Source of the DNA: Podarcis muralis
Taxonomy: Eukaryota
Length of the DNA: 64,000 nucleotides
Assembly: GCF_964188315.1 (NCBI RefSeq)
Contig: NC_135660.1
Location: forward strand, 36,518,001-36,582,000
Direction: 5' to 3'
The position numbers and the translations under genes are program-made. Of this stretch, positions 34,501-47,300 are shown piece after piece (the stretch's first letter is position 1; every line of letters begins with the position of its first letter). A model generated the notes under the pieces. The model had not been told where the DNA came from. It worked only from the letters and a program-made list of their open reading frames with translations, and searched no databases.

Positions 34501-37475
34501 GTAGTTTGTGGGCTACATCATCAAAAACTCTTGAGTGGGCTTAATATGTGTTGAGACTGTAAATATGCATGTTTTGGAGGTGGAGGAAGGTTGTTTATCC
34601 TGGAGGGTGATGACAAAGCTAGTGCAGACTTCTGAGGCACTTTTATCTGTGGCTGCAGGGTTTCCATGCATTCATCTATGCCTTGAGAATGTTGAACATC
34701 CCTTTGGAATAATCAGTTGGCCTTAACAGTTTTATAATTAATGAAGCTGGAGGGGAGTTTTTTCTTTGAACTGAGCCTTTTAATAACACCAAAGAGTTTC
34801 CTTTTTGCTTGCAAGGCTGAGCCAGATGTTCGCCTTCTACTTTACATATTATTTTTTTAAAAAAACTGAGAATCAATGTGTATTATATTAGTAGGTTTAA
34901 TTGGTAATCCTCAGTAAAAGAGTTCAGAGAAAGTTTAAGGATTATGCTTTGGCTGGTGTTCAGTATTATCTGCCTTCACATCAGATATAGAAGATTGCAT
35001 CCAGCAGCTGAGCTTGCTTGTCCTTTAACTTCCTTAGAGGCAGCCCTGCACCAAATACCATTTTTTTGTGCTCTGTAAGATCTAGTTTATAGCCCAGAGC
35101 AGGGCCTTTTAGTATCGGAGTCCTGTGAAATTGTTTTCCCTAGGAGGCTTAACAGAGCCCTGCAGCGTAAGCCTTCAGAAAGCAATGCAGGGCTTTCTCT
35201 TTTCCGAGAAATTTCTAATGATCCATTAGTGATGTGAAAGTGTAGAATAAAACAATGATAAGAGTGTTCAAAGTCTTTGTAATCCTCCTAGCTATGTTGG
35301 GTAGGCTGGTATTGTTTCCAAATATAGAAAAAGAGAAGGGTTTGTTAAAGTCACCTAATCAGTCTATGGCAGATGCAAGATTTCTATCAACTGCTTCCTG
35401 ATTTACAGCACACAATCCCAGTTACTGTATGCATTTTGGGGGTAGCCAACATGGTGCCTTCCAGACATCTGGGTTAAGAGACTTTTCTTCCTCCGTTTTT
35501 AGGATCTGTAGATGAAGCTGAATACGGCAGTAGGTTCAAGAGTGACAAAAGGAACCCTTCTCAAACTTACTTACCCAGGCCATATTATAATTTTGGGGTA
35601 ACAACAGACAGGGGTAGCAGCAATTGTCACTCATCAGTTGGCAGATGTTGTCTGTATGGCTGGCACAATCACGCTCCAACTCACCTCTAAAGGAACTTTA
35701 ATTCTTTGGATCCTCTAAAATAATATAGCTAACACAATGGCTGCATGTAATGTGATTGTACAATATTACAAAAATGACACAGGAGCCTATTGGAAAGTTA
35801 TGAGTCATGAGAGTGCCAAAATGTTCCTCTCATGTTTTTAACTTTCCCTTTTACTTTATGATTTTTTTTACTAAATGAGTGCTCCCCTCCTTTAGAGATC
35901 CTACAAAGCTCATCTTGCAATGTTCTTTTAATTATATATGTGGTCTGTCATGCTTGCACCACCTTGTGCTTCATCACTCTTCAGAGTCATTGTCTATTGC
36001 ATCCACAGTCTTTCCCTAGCTTCTTCCAGTGGGTACTACAATTTAAAGTGTGGTGGGTCGGAAATTGTTTGAACAGGAGCGTAGCTATCTTCCCTTCTGC
36101 TTCCCCAAAGCTGATAACGGATTGGGTAGTATTAGCACCTTCATTCAAGCTGCTGTTGGGGAAGATGCAATTGGGATACATGCCACTTGACTATCTATAT
36201 TAGTCCTTAAACTGTTGTCTATTAGTGCGAACCAAGTCACATCAGGAAGAATTACTCATTTGACATAGGGGCTTGCTTCAAGTATATATATTCCTACAAA
36301 AACTGGTAAAACAAAACTTTTAAAGGCACATGGAAAAAAACGAATTGCTATTTTTTGGTCTAGGCAAGGAATCCATATGGTTCAATGAATATATGAAATT
36401 TGTAATAAAAAATTAATGTCACAGCACTGAAAAACCTCCAGGGCTATCCAGTCAGCTCCCTGAATTTTGATTAGATACAAGGATTTTTTAAAAAGCAAAT
36501 TGCAGTCTATTGATCATATAGAAGATTAGACAGATTATAACTTGTGTTAAAATAAATTCATTTTCTGACTTAAACCGCAGATCTTTGCTGTTATACTAAA
36601 CTATCCATGTTTGACCAAAAGGGTTCATGTGTTTATATAGAAGCTAACTTTTATCTATGATACCTTTGTGTTCGTGTTTCATTCTGTGCAGGTCATCAAG
36701 ATTGTCTTTGGTTATCCCACTATGTTTCACACTTGGTGAATTGCTATTTCCTAGAATCAGCAGCACAATCTTTTTTTATTGATAGGTAGCAAATTAGTTA
36801 AGAATTAAATTGCCCTTTTGTTCACATACATGTTCCTTACCATGTCATTTAAAAAGCACCGCAGCCCAATGAGATAAAAACTAGTATTTAATTGGTTTTA
36901 AGATCTGGTGTAAAAACTTGTTTTCGCAGTATCATTTATATTTGTAAGACAATGAAGTGCACACAAGAAAGCTTCCATTTGGATTATAATCTTGCACCAA
37001 TATGTGCTTTGATGAGATTCTGCAGCCACTCTCACATTGATGCTCAAAAGTGTGTGGTCCTTCTCTCTTCCTGGCTCACAATGAGTTAGAGAATGCCCCT
37101 TTGTTGCCCATAACATATTTGTTGAATGTAAGCCATTCAGAAATCAGCAGTTGCATCCTAAAATGGAGGTGGGGAAATGTGCAAAATGTACTATGCCCGT
37201 AGCACAAGAATAATCTATAGTTGAAATTATGTATATGGGAAGTATGACGTTACACTGGTAAAGAAACTATACATTTCCTACAAATGCCACTCATTGTGTA
37301 ATACCATTCAGGAAGTTTTGATCAAGTTGTATTGTTTTGTTGGTGCTTCAGAGAGGGGTGAGCGCTATTCCCCAATGTTAAGGGAGCCTTAAGGAATTAC
37401 TCGAGAGCGGTATGAACTGTGATATATCAGATCTCGCTGCACATGTGGACAGATGATAAGAGTAGGAGTGGCCTC

Positions 37476-38380
37476 CTACTGTGGCTCTACTTCATATTTC
37501 AAGATGTGAGAGTAGAACTTGTGATTGGCATTTTCCAGGACCATCACATAGACCTCTGTGCAGCCTGATGTGCTGCAAGATCCCTCCCAGTAGCCATCCT
37601 TGCTTAAAGACAAGGGGCAGATTTTTTCACATTGAACAAATGCCTTGGCAATGCTATGAAGCTTGAGTTTAAACTTAACGTTGCGGTCAGCAGGGAGCAA
37701 CCCGGCTAGCGGCTCCACTAGCACATAACCCTCCACCCACTTGCTATAAGTCTGGGGGAACACTGGCCATTTCACCTTGGTGTTTGGGCAACAGATGAGG
37801 TAGTTGAAGACATAGTTATAATTTCCAGGATCAGACTTCTTTTTCGCAAAGATTTTAAAAGCAAAGTTCCCTGCATGAGGAAGATGGATCTTAAAGTCTA
37901 CCTGGTTTCCTTGGCAAGCTTGCAAGATGTGCCGTCTTGTTGTATCCTCGCTGAGGCTTACGTTGCCCGAATGCAAGGAAGCTAAAACACTCAAGTCCTT
38001 ACTGAGGATGAAGCTGAGATCGTAGCGCCCGTCACTGGTATGAATGATTGGGCCTTTTTGCGAGGGCTTGAGGAATCCTTGTCTCTCTGAGAACCAGCTG
38101 GGCCCAACAGGTTGATGAAGTTCCTTTGGAAAGCAGACGTTCCTGTCTACAGAGCTACACTCTAATGTATATTCTATCACACATTTGTAGACTTCATCTG
38201 AGCTCTTGGATGGTTTGGCGTAGATCTGTAGCTTATGGGTCCCCGTCTTCTGTGGGTAGAGCTCCAGATTCATCCCATTCCTCTTCAGAGTCATCAAGCT
38301 ATATTCCTTTGCCCCTTTCAGTTCAAACATGAACAGCATCGGCAAACGAGTCTCCACAGCTACTACTGCTTTCCCATTTA
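37476..38380 (-). CDS. KY: KY last exon (V)NGKAVV...KYEVEPQ*
   Basis: 905 nt; acceptor gtcacAG at 38382-38381; TAG at 37478-37476. Confidence 0.98.
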
Positions 38381-41300
38381 CTGTGACATGCAAATAAAGG
38401 AGGCTGGTTAGGATGTTTCTTACTATTTACTCAAAAATACAAATCAATCAAAAAAAAAAAAAAAAAGCTGGAGAAAATGACCTGGAGAATGGAATTGCCT
38501 GCTGAACTGTCAATCATTTTGGCAGTGAAAGGGAGAATATTATGGTTGGCTGGTTAGAATTTGACAAGCGTCTGTCAAGTCCAAATTCAGAATAAATAAC
38601 AAGAGGGTTAAGGGCGGGAAGCCTTCATTTTCGGGTACTCGTTTGCTTCTGTTTTATTACAAATGCAGTAGAATTGCTCATCATTCTTGGAAAAGATGAA
38701 AGCACCAATGTCTTTCAGTTACAGCTCAAGCTGCCTGCACTTTTGACTACAACCCCTTAGAAACTTGTCAGTTTCCGAGAAGTCTGAGAGAGTTCAAAAG
38801 ACAGGATTTCAAAATGAAATTATTCCTTCCATGTTTAGGTTCTGAATGACACCATGGGGAGCTTCTGAAACTCAAGTGTACTAACTTGCACCCACATAAG
38901 GCTCTGAGCCTCAGCCCAGAATTTTTTGAAACTTTCCCCTTCACTTCAGACTGGAATATAAATATTCTTGGGGCAAAAGCAATCTGATGGGTAATAAATA
39001 GCACTTTGTATTTTACACCAACTGGTACCCCAAGGGTAATGGTGATTATGACCAAAAAAGGCTGCAGAACTTTGAACCCCATGCTTTAGTCCCACAGAGC
39101 TAATCTTTTAAAAGTAACCCAGCAGCCTAAATCCTAACCTTTGCTACTTTTATCTTTTTTTTTTAGCCCCCTACCAAAAGCTGGAACTGTTCCTTATAAT
39201 AAGATCGGCATGGGGCAATGACATGTATCACTGTACCTGTTTGAATAATTGGTGTTTCTGGGTGGGCTGCCAGCAATCCCATCATGTAAAAGTCACTCTT
39301 ATATAACATGTTGCTCTCAAACTGTTTCAATGTCACAGCTGGTTTGAGGAGCTGCCAATTGCTGTTGTCTGGGAAATGATTATTAATAAATAGGGCGGGG
39401 TGGGTGAGGAAATAAAATTCGTTGTATCTGGAACAAGAAAGGAGAGGTCAATACATCACTGGCACCGGGTGCTCTTTTCTGCCTTGTACTGAATCTTAAC
39501 TACGGCTGCAGTTCTAGATAGGTTTATCAATGGGGGTTTCCTTTCAACTGTACATAAATTAGGACCGGAATGATGGTAGGAAACACAGCTGAGCTCTAGG
39601 AGGCAAAATGAAGAGATGAGATGTGTAGATTTGGGACTGGGCTGGACTGATTTGGCTGAGAATACAGTAGAACAGAGGGTGCAGTCAAATGAGGCTGCTT
39701 GTTATAGTGTAATTTATCAATGGCCCAGTTTGGTTATAATGCTCCTGGCTTAATAATGCATCGTTTATGCACTGATTTCCTCATATCAGTCCTGGTCTGT
39801 TTAAGGTTGAGTTGCTAGTTATGTTAGTGAGGAACTAGTGTTAGCATGTTAACCAGGATCTTAAACCATAGTATGGTCCTGGATAGTTAAATGATATTAA
39901 ATGATATGATAAATGTGTTTTTAATTTTTTAAAATTTTGCAAACACAATAAAAAGAAACGTTGTCAGCTCATCTTAACAATAAAAACAATCCTACATGCA
40001 CCCATGCAACCCATGTTTCCAAAAAGATTTCCAAATGAGATTTCATATATAACAGGGATGCTGTTTTAAAGATCAGAAAGGATGTGCTAAAGCCAAAAAC
40101 TTGTTCCTAACTCTATAAACTATAGTTAAGGTAGGGAGGTTACATAAACTTCCTAAATTGCATAATTCAGTCATTCTGCTTCAGCAAGACATAGACAGGA
40201 TTATGCAAAGCACTGAAATCTCCATCCTCCCCAGCTTCTTGGATTTCCCTATACAGTGCTACCTCGAGTTACAAATGCATCAGGTTACAAACGCTTCAGG
40301 TTACAAACTCCGCTAACTTGGAAGAATTACCTCGAGTTGAGAACTTTGCCCCAGGATGAGAACGGAAATCATATGCCAGTGGCACAGCGGCAGCAAGAGG
40401 CCCCATTAGTGAAAGCACGCCTCTAGTTAAGAACAGTTTCAGGTTAAGAACGGACCTCTGGAACGAATTAAGTTTGTAACTATAGGTACCACTGTATGTT
40501 CTCTGCATGCACTTTCAAGCCTAGGTTTGCAGGTTTAAGGGATAAAAACTTAATTTAAATAAAGGAAGGCTAGATGGGAGTTCTAAGAATGCTGAATTCT
40601 GTTCCCAAGCATGTGGGCAAATCAGGCATTTTGAAAGAGCAATAAGAAAAAAACAATCTTTCTAGCCATTAGAGAGTGAAATTTTCAAAAACGTGGAATT
40701 TAACAACTTCAGTTAAGAAATAACTCTTTACACCCAGTGTAGTCCCTCTATGTTTAGGGCACAATGCCAAACGGAAACAGGATTCTCTTAGAATTAATTT
40801 TTAGCAGGAGCTACTGAAAATGCATTTTCAAAGTCAATGCTCGTCTTCAGTTGTGTTGTGCCAAAGAAGGTCTATAATAAGCTAATATGGGGATTTTCAA
40901 ACTGGCTAGTAAACTTGGTTTGGCCTGTTGCTTGCCCCATGGTGTCTCTAGCCTTGGTGATCTGTGTTTCATTTCTAATTACTGTGGCCGCCTGATTACA
41001 ACATGGGTTGTCCCAATACTAGGTCATCACATGGAGAAATATCAAATCCTTCACGTGGGTCATTGTCCAGACTACCAGTAACACTGGCTATCTGGACCAA
41101 GTGGATTTCTACCATTTGTTTCCAAGCCTTAATTTCCTTTTCATGGTTCTCACACCTTTTAGGAGTGTTTGGTTTTAATAGTTAGTGGAAAGATTAACAT
41201 TCGAAGAATGGGGACTTGTTTAGTTAGATTTCTATGCCTTTTTAATGCTTAGTTTATAACAACCCTGTTTAAGAGCTTGACATTTCTCATAGGTGGAAGC

Positions 41301-44300
41301 CTGAGGAGAACTTTTAGGGGCCAATTGGTGGGAGGGGAGAAAATATATACACCCTCATTTATTTTTTAAATGAGGCTTTGTCCCTTTCATGCTTTAGCCT
41401 TTGAGACACGTAGCTTGGAATAGTGAAGCAAATTGTCATTATGGTTAAATGATAAGCCCTGCATCCTGATGATGCTTTTGCTCTTTCAAATCTGAAATTT
41501 GACACGGATTTCAATAAGTACAGTGGTACCTCAGGTTAAGTACTTAATTCGTTCCAGAGGTCTGTTCTTAACCTGAAACTGTTCTTAACCTGAAGCACCA
41601 CTTTAGCTAATGGGGCCTCCCGCTGCCACTACGCCGCTGCCACACGATTTCTGTTCTCATCCTGAAGCAAAGTTCTTAACCCGAGGTACTATTTCTGGGT
41701 TAGCGGAGTCTGTAACCTGAAGCGTATGTAACCCGAGGTACCACTGTAGTTATAAATGAAGCAAGCAAATAAAATAGAATATGTTGCAGAGCCCTTGAAT
41801 GTGACCAAGGAAAGCTACCTGTTTTGCTTATCCCCACCCCTGCGCCCCAGAGCTATAGGGAGGAAGAAAGGACAATCATACCTGAAGGTAAATTTGCTGA
41901 AGCAGTCATCAATGGAGCCACTTCCCCAGGTGCTGTCCACCAAATGCCACCTTCCATCAAGGTAAACTGCATTCCAGGCATGGTCATACTCTCCTGTGAA
42001 AGTCTCCCCAGCCCTGTAGCCATGGCCTTTAGAATAACCAGATAAGTTCATGCATTGCACTCCTGCAATACTGGGGAGAGAGAAAGGATAGAAAGGACTT
42101 AAAGAACAGGGTCTTGCTGTCTTTATCATTCATATAAATGTTGGAAGTGTTATGATCTCTCTTGCTCACTGCAGATTAGAGTGAATCACGCCTGAAATAA
42201 TACTCTTTTCATGCATTACTAATATTTATGGGTGTTAAGTCAAAGGCTGTCTTTTGTTCTTCCTGACATCTCTTGCTTCAAGCAAGTGTTACTATGGGAG
42301 GAGGCAGACTTTTAACTATTTGGCAGTCAATCCAAGTGCTGTGAATTTTTTATTTAAAAAATAATAATGCTTGAATAAGTAAAGACTCCTGAAAACAAGC
42401 AGCCTCAGTTTATTTAAGATAAAGAAGAAAGCCCAAGAGTAGCCCAAGATGTGATTAAAGATGCAGGCGAGAAGAAAAAAAGAGGTCTCACTGTCGTCTT
42501 CTATGCTGGAGCCCTGCTGTGGCCGGGGAGGGTGGGGTACAAATAAAATTTATTATTATTATTATTTTGGGTAAATGCTCCCAGTCTCCGCAGGTCAATC
42601 AGGATAATGCTGCATTCTTAAAGGCAAAATTAGCCTGTTAAGAACATAAAATGAGCCCTCCTTGATCAGGCTAAAGGCTCATCTAGCCTAGCATCCTGTT
42701 CTCACAGTGGCCAACCAGATACCAATGGGAAGCCCACAAACAGGACCTGAATTGCAACAGTGCTCTCCCCACTGTGATTTCCTGCAACTGGCATTCAGCA
42801 ATGTAATGCTTCCGACAGCAGAGGTAGATTATAGCCTTCATGGTTAGTAGCTGCTGATAGGCCTGTCCTCTGTGAATGTGTCCAGTTCAGTTTTACCACC
42901 AGCCAAGTTGGCCACCATTCTCTTGTGGGAGCAAATTCCATAGTTTAACCACATTGTGTGAAGAAGTCCTTTCTTTTGTCTGTCCTGAATCTTCCAACAT
43001 TCAGCTTCTTTGGATGGCCCCAAGTTCTAGTATTATATGAGACAGAGAAAAACTCTATCCATTTTCTTCACAACGTGCATAATTTTATATACCTCTGTAA
43101 TGTCCCCACTCACCTTTTTCCCAACCTGAAAAGCTCCAAACATTGTAACCTTTCCTGATAGGTGAGTTGCTCCAGCCCCTTGGTCATTCTGGCACCTTTT
43201 TCCTTCTCTTTATCCCCAAACCAGGCATAGGAGGATGTAGTCTAGGCTGGGTCTGCTTGTAAAGGTTCAGCACCATAAAATCCAGCTGGCTGCTCCACCA
43301 GCAAAGCTGCAGCCCTGACTGGAGTCCTGCCTTGACCAGTTCTGAGGAACTCACACAAGTCTCGTAGTACAGTGTCTTAGTTTACACTTGTTACATCCAG
43401 GTTAGATGACTGTAGTGCTGTGCATGGGGTTGTTCTTGAATACAGCCTTAAAGCTTTAACTGATCCAGAATGTGGCAGTGAAGTTTCTGATAGGAATTGT
43501 CCATTCTCCAGCATCACTGGTTACCAGCTTGCTTCCCAGCTCAGTTTAAGCACTGCTTTGACCTATCATGGTTGGACCCAGAATATCTCCAAAATCACAT
43601 CTATCCATCTCAGCCAGCATGGGACAGTCATTCTATTGCAGAAGCCCTTTTTTGGGTTTTATAACTGTTGTATGAAATGGCACATCAGTATCCAGGAAAG
43701 GACCTTTTCAACTGTGGCACGCAGGATTTGGACCATTCTCCTGAGCAAAGCACATAATAGCTCACTCACTGCCTCAAGGCAGTGACGATGATCTTATATG
43801 TGAACTTTTGTTGAAGTCTGCTTTTATCATGTGTCCCGCTGCTATTTTACATTGCTGTGTTTGTTTTTGCTGAAATGTGTTGTGGTTTTAGCTGGCGTTT
43901 CATCTTTCTCTTGCTTTGTATTATGTTGGTAGTTTTGTAAGTTGCATTGCATATATTCTGGTTTTAAAAAGGCAGCAAACAAGCCAGTCACGTAATGATT
44001 CTGGACAATCCTATAGAGATGGCCTAAGCAGGTTCCTTCCTTTTACTGTTAACAACTCATCAATTAGGAGTGAGTGGCTAGAGAGGGCTGTGAAGAGCTC
44101 CCTTGACGCTTAACAAAGCCAGTAGCTTGAACAGAGTGATGGTAGATGAAATTAAATTTGTGGCAACATTGGATTGAATGAAACAATTGGAATTGATTGC
44201 AGACAGTGATACAATCCTTGCAGACAGTTCAGCGAAAGCATCTGCTCAGTGCATGGAGATGATTAAAAGCAAATAAGATGTTAGCCTGTGTTTCAAAGGG

Positions 44301-47300
44301 GAATAGAAGATAGCCCGGAAAACAGTGCAAATTACAATGGTGTTACGTGAATGGCATGACCTTCCCTTCAGTACTACTGCAGTAGACGGAGCTGGTCACT
44401 TCAATGTGAAGAAAAGTGGTTGAGAGAAAGAGAACGAAAATTTGAAAGGCTTTAGGGAAAGTGCATGAAGGGAGAGAGAGTTGTTTCAGCCAGGCATGTG
44501 GAGAAATGAGATAATTGCCAGTGATAAAGGGTACGGCTGGAGAGAAGGCAAGTCTATATAATCAATGAAAGGAGAAAATGGGTACTTGGTTGACGGTCGG
44601 GTTCTTCCTCATCATGTCTATAGCTGGGCCAGCACTAGAGGCAACAATGATTCCTGATTTAAACTGCTGAAATAGAAGCATTTCTGCATGTTGCTACTTC
44701 CCTCTGCCAGAATGGTGTTTTGTTCACCCAGTTAGTTCTGCCCTTAGTCAATTAACTTTGCTGTTTCGAGCTGTGGGGCTGCCAGCCCAGACAGCTGCCC
44801 AAGTCAGCAAGGCTTTGGAGTTTTGGACGGGCTCTTCCTTGATATGCCAAGCTGGCAATCCAGCATTGCTTTAAAAAACATTCTTGGTTAATTATATTAT
44901 TTACATCAACAATGGAGATGGATGGTGTCTTGTCAACCTCATTTGTTTCCAAAGCCATTTTTGTGGTAATGATTAGGACTGCAAGGTAGGCTTTCCCCAG
45001 CGTTTATTATCCTCCATAAAAGTCGTTCATTTCCCAAATGCAGCCAGAGCTGTGGCAGGCTTGCCAAGCAAAGCAGCTGCTGGAGGCGAGACCCTGCTGC
45101 CACCAGAATCTTCAACTCCTGATCGAACATGGAGGTTACACTGTATGTGAGACCTGAACACCGAAACGCCTAACAGGGTGCCAAAATCTCAGCATGAGAG
45201 GCGAATTCCATGGCCCGGCATTGAATGCTCTTGCCCCTAAGCCTATTCAGTTAGAAATGTTATGCCCTCCATCCAGTGTCACTTAAATGTATAGCTTGAA
45301 GAAAATTGCCTACATAAATAGCGAGACGGTAATGAAAGGTTGAGAGTGCACCTTGTTGCCACATGAAAATTATCACCCTGATCATTACAACAGCAATTGT
45401 GCACCATTATTATGTTGTGCTGGTCTTGCTGCAACAACAAGCTAGCTAATCTTGTAATATCACAGCCACTGCTTGGAAGTACCCTAAAGGTTTCTGCTCT
45501 AGAATAGAAATGAAAGACAAATGTGTCAGCTTTTGCCTGCTCAGCAGGCACAAACGTAGCAAAGCTGCTCCTTTCTCTTTCACCCCAAGCATTAGGTTTT
45601 TGGCTGGAGGTACACTTGACAGAGCAATGACAAACCTAGACAGCATCTTAAAAAGCAGAGACATCACCTTGCCAACAAAGGTCCTTATAGTTAAAGCCAT
45701 GGTTTTCCCAGTAGTGATGTATGGAAGTGAGAGCTGGACCATAAAGAAATCTGATCGCCGAAAAATCGATGCTTTTGAATTATGGTGCTGGAGGAGACTC
45801 TTGAGAGTCCCATGGACTGCAAGAAGATCAAACCTCTCCATTCTTAAGGAAATCAGCCCTGAGTGGTCACTGGAAGGACAGATCCTGAAGTTGAGGCTCC
45901 AATACTTTGGCCACCTCATGAGAAGAGAAGGCTCCCTGGAAAAGACCCTGATGTTGGGAAGGATTGAGGGCACAAGGAGAAGGGGGCGACAGAGGACGAG
46001 ATGGTTGGACAGTGTTCTTGAAGCTACCAACATGAGTCTGACCAAACTGCGGGAGGCAGTGGAAGACAGGAGTGCCTGGCGTGCTCTGGTCCATGGGGTC
46101 ACGAAGAGTCGGACACGACTAAATGACTGAACAACAACAACACTTGACAGAACAATGGTTTGGGGTAGAGAAGGGAATTTGGATTCAGTTTCTCTTCAAC
46201 AGTGTTTGCTATGGAAAAACAACAACAAAGGATGGCAGGATTCTCTGTTGATTTCAATGTCTTAAGAAAGGAAAACAAATGAGGTTGGATAATTTGCCTG
46301 AAGGCAGAACTAACAGGAAGGGGCTGCATGCTTTATTGAGGCACACTAGGCAATATTCAGGTTTGCGAATGGTGCTAAATACCCTATAGAGACAGCCTAC
46401 CTTAATGGCTTTTTGTGGTATTTCTTTACCCGTTTTGCACCCCTCAATGGGCTACTTATGGTCCCATTTTAGGATTTGATTGTGTGATCTCAGCCATAAT
46501 GAATGCAATGATGTCTGCAGCAAGTAGTCAATGTAACACCACTGAGGGCTAGGAAAAGTCTTCCACTGGCCCCAGCCCACTCAGTGAGTCAGAATGGAGA
46601 GAGATGGGATACATCTCCATTGCCAAAGCAGCCACAATGCTTGTCATGCTGCTCTGGCAGGCTTTGTGTTCATCAAAACACGATGTGGCAAACCTAGCCT
46701 GACCCATGTGTAGTCGCCCACAATTAGCTGTTGCAGAATGGATAAAGATTGGAATCCACAGCACATTGGAAGACATGCAGTGAAGATGCACAGTATCTGC
46801 ATTCAAGTAGGCATGTAAATGCTGTTTTCCATAAGCATCCTTTTTACAATGGGATGAATATTTCGGTGAGTGCTTCAATATCCCACAATTGCTTAATTAG
46901 CTTCCAGCAGGGCTAGATCCTGACAAGGGAACATTTGGATGAGTTGATAATTATTATTGTTAAATGATATCTGGTAACACAACATTTCATCATGTTGATG
47001 TTTACTTTTTATGGACACCAGGGGCTTGGCTTGGAAGAGCTCTCAAAGCTGCAATTAAAAATATACATAATTCCTTCCATAAGCACCTGTTTTTTCTCAA
47101 TGGGTAGAGGATGTGTTGGAAGAAAACCTTGATTTATTCTCGATTCGATTAAGGTCTGGATGTAACAGAGTGGGTGGCATGGGAATCCAAGTCTTCAAGG
47201 AAGTTCTAACAACATCCTTAAAAAAAAAAAGCATTCTCACCAGCCTTAATTCATAAAACGAAGCTGGCAGGAAAGTTCTTGTGAAAAAATCAACTTGTAT

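Noticed and set aside
37390-37478. Stop-codon read-through extension of KY (about 28 further open codons)
   Set aside because: The context TAG-GAG lacks the UGA-CUAG motif; the CEP63 and ANAPC13 stops lack it too.
45446-46102. 218-aa minus-strand ORF
   Set aside because: Antisense shadow of the BovB ORF.
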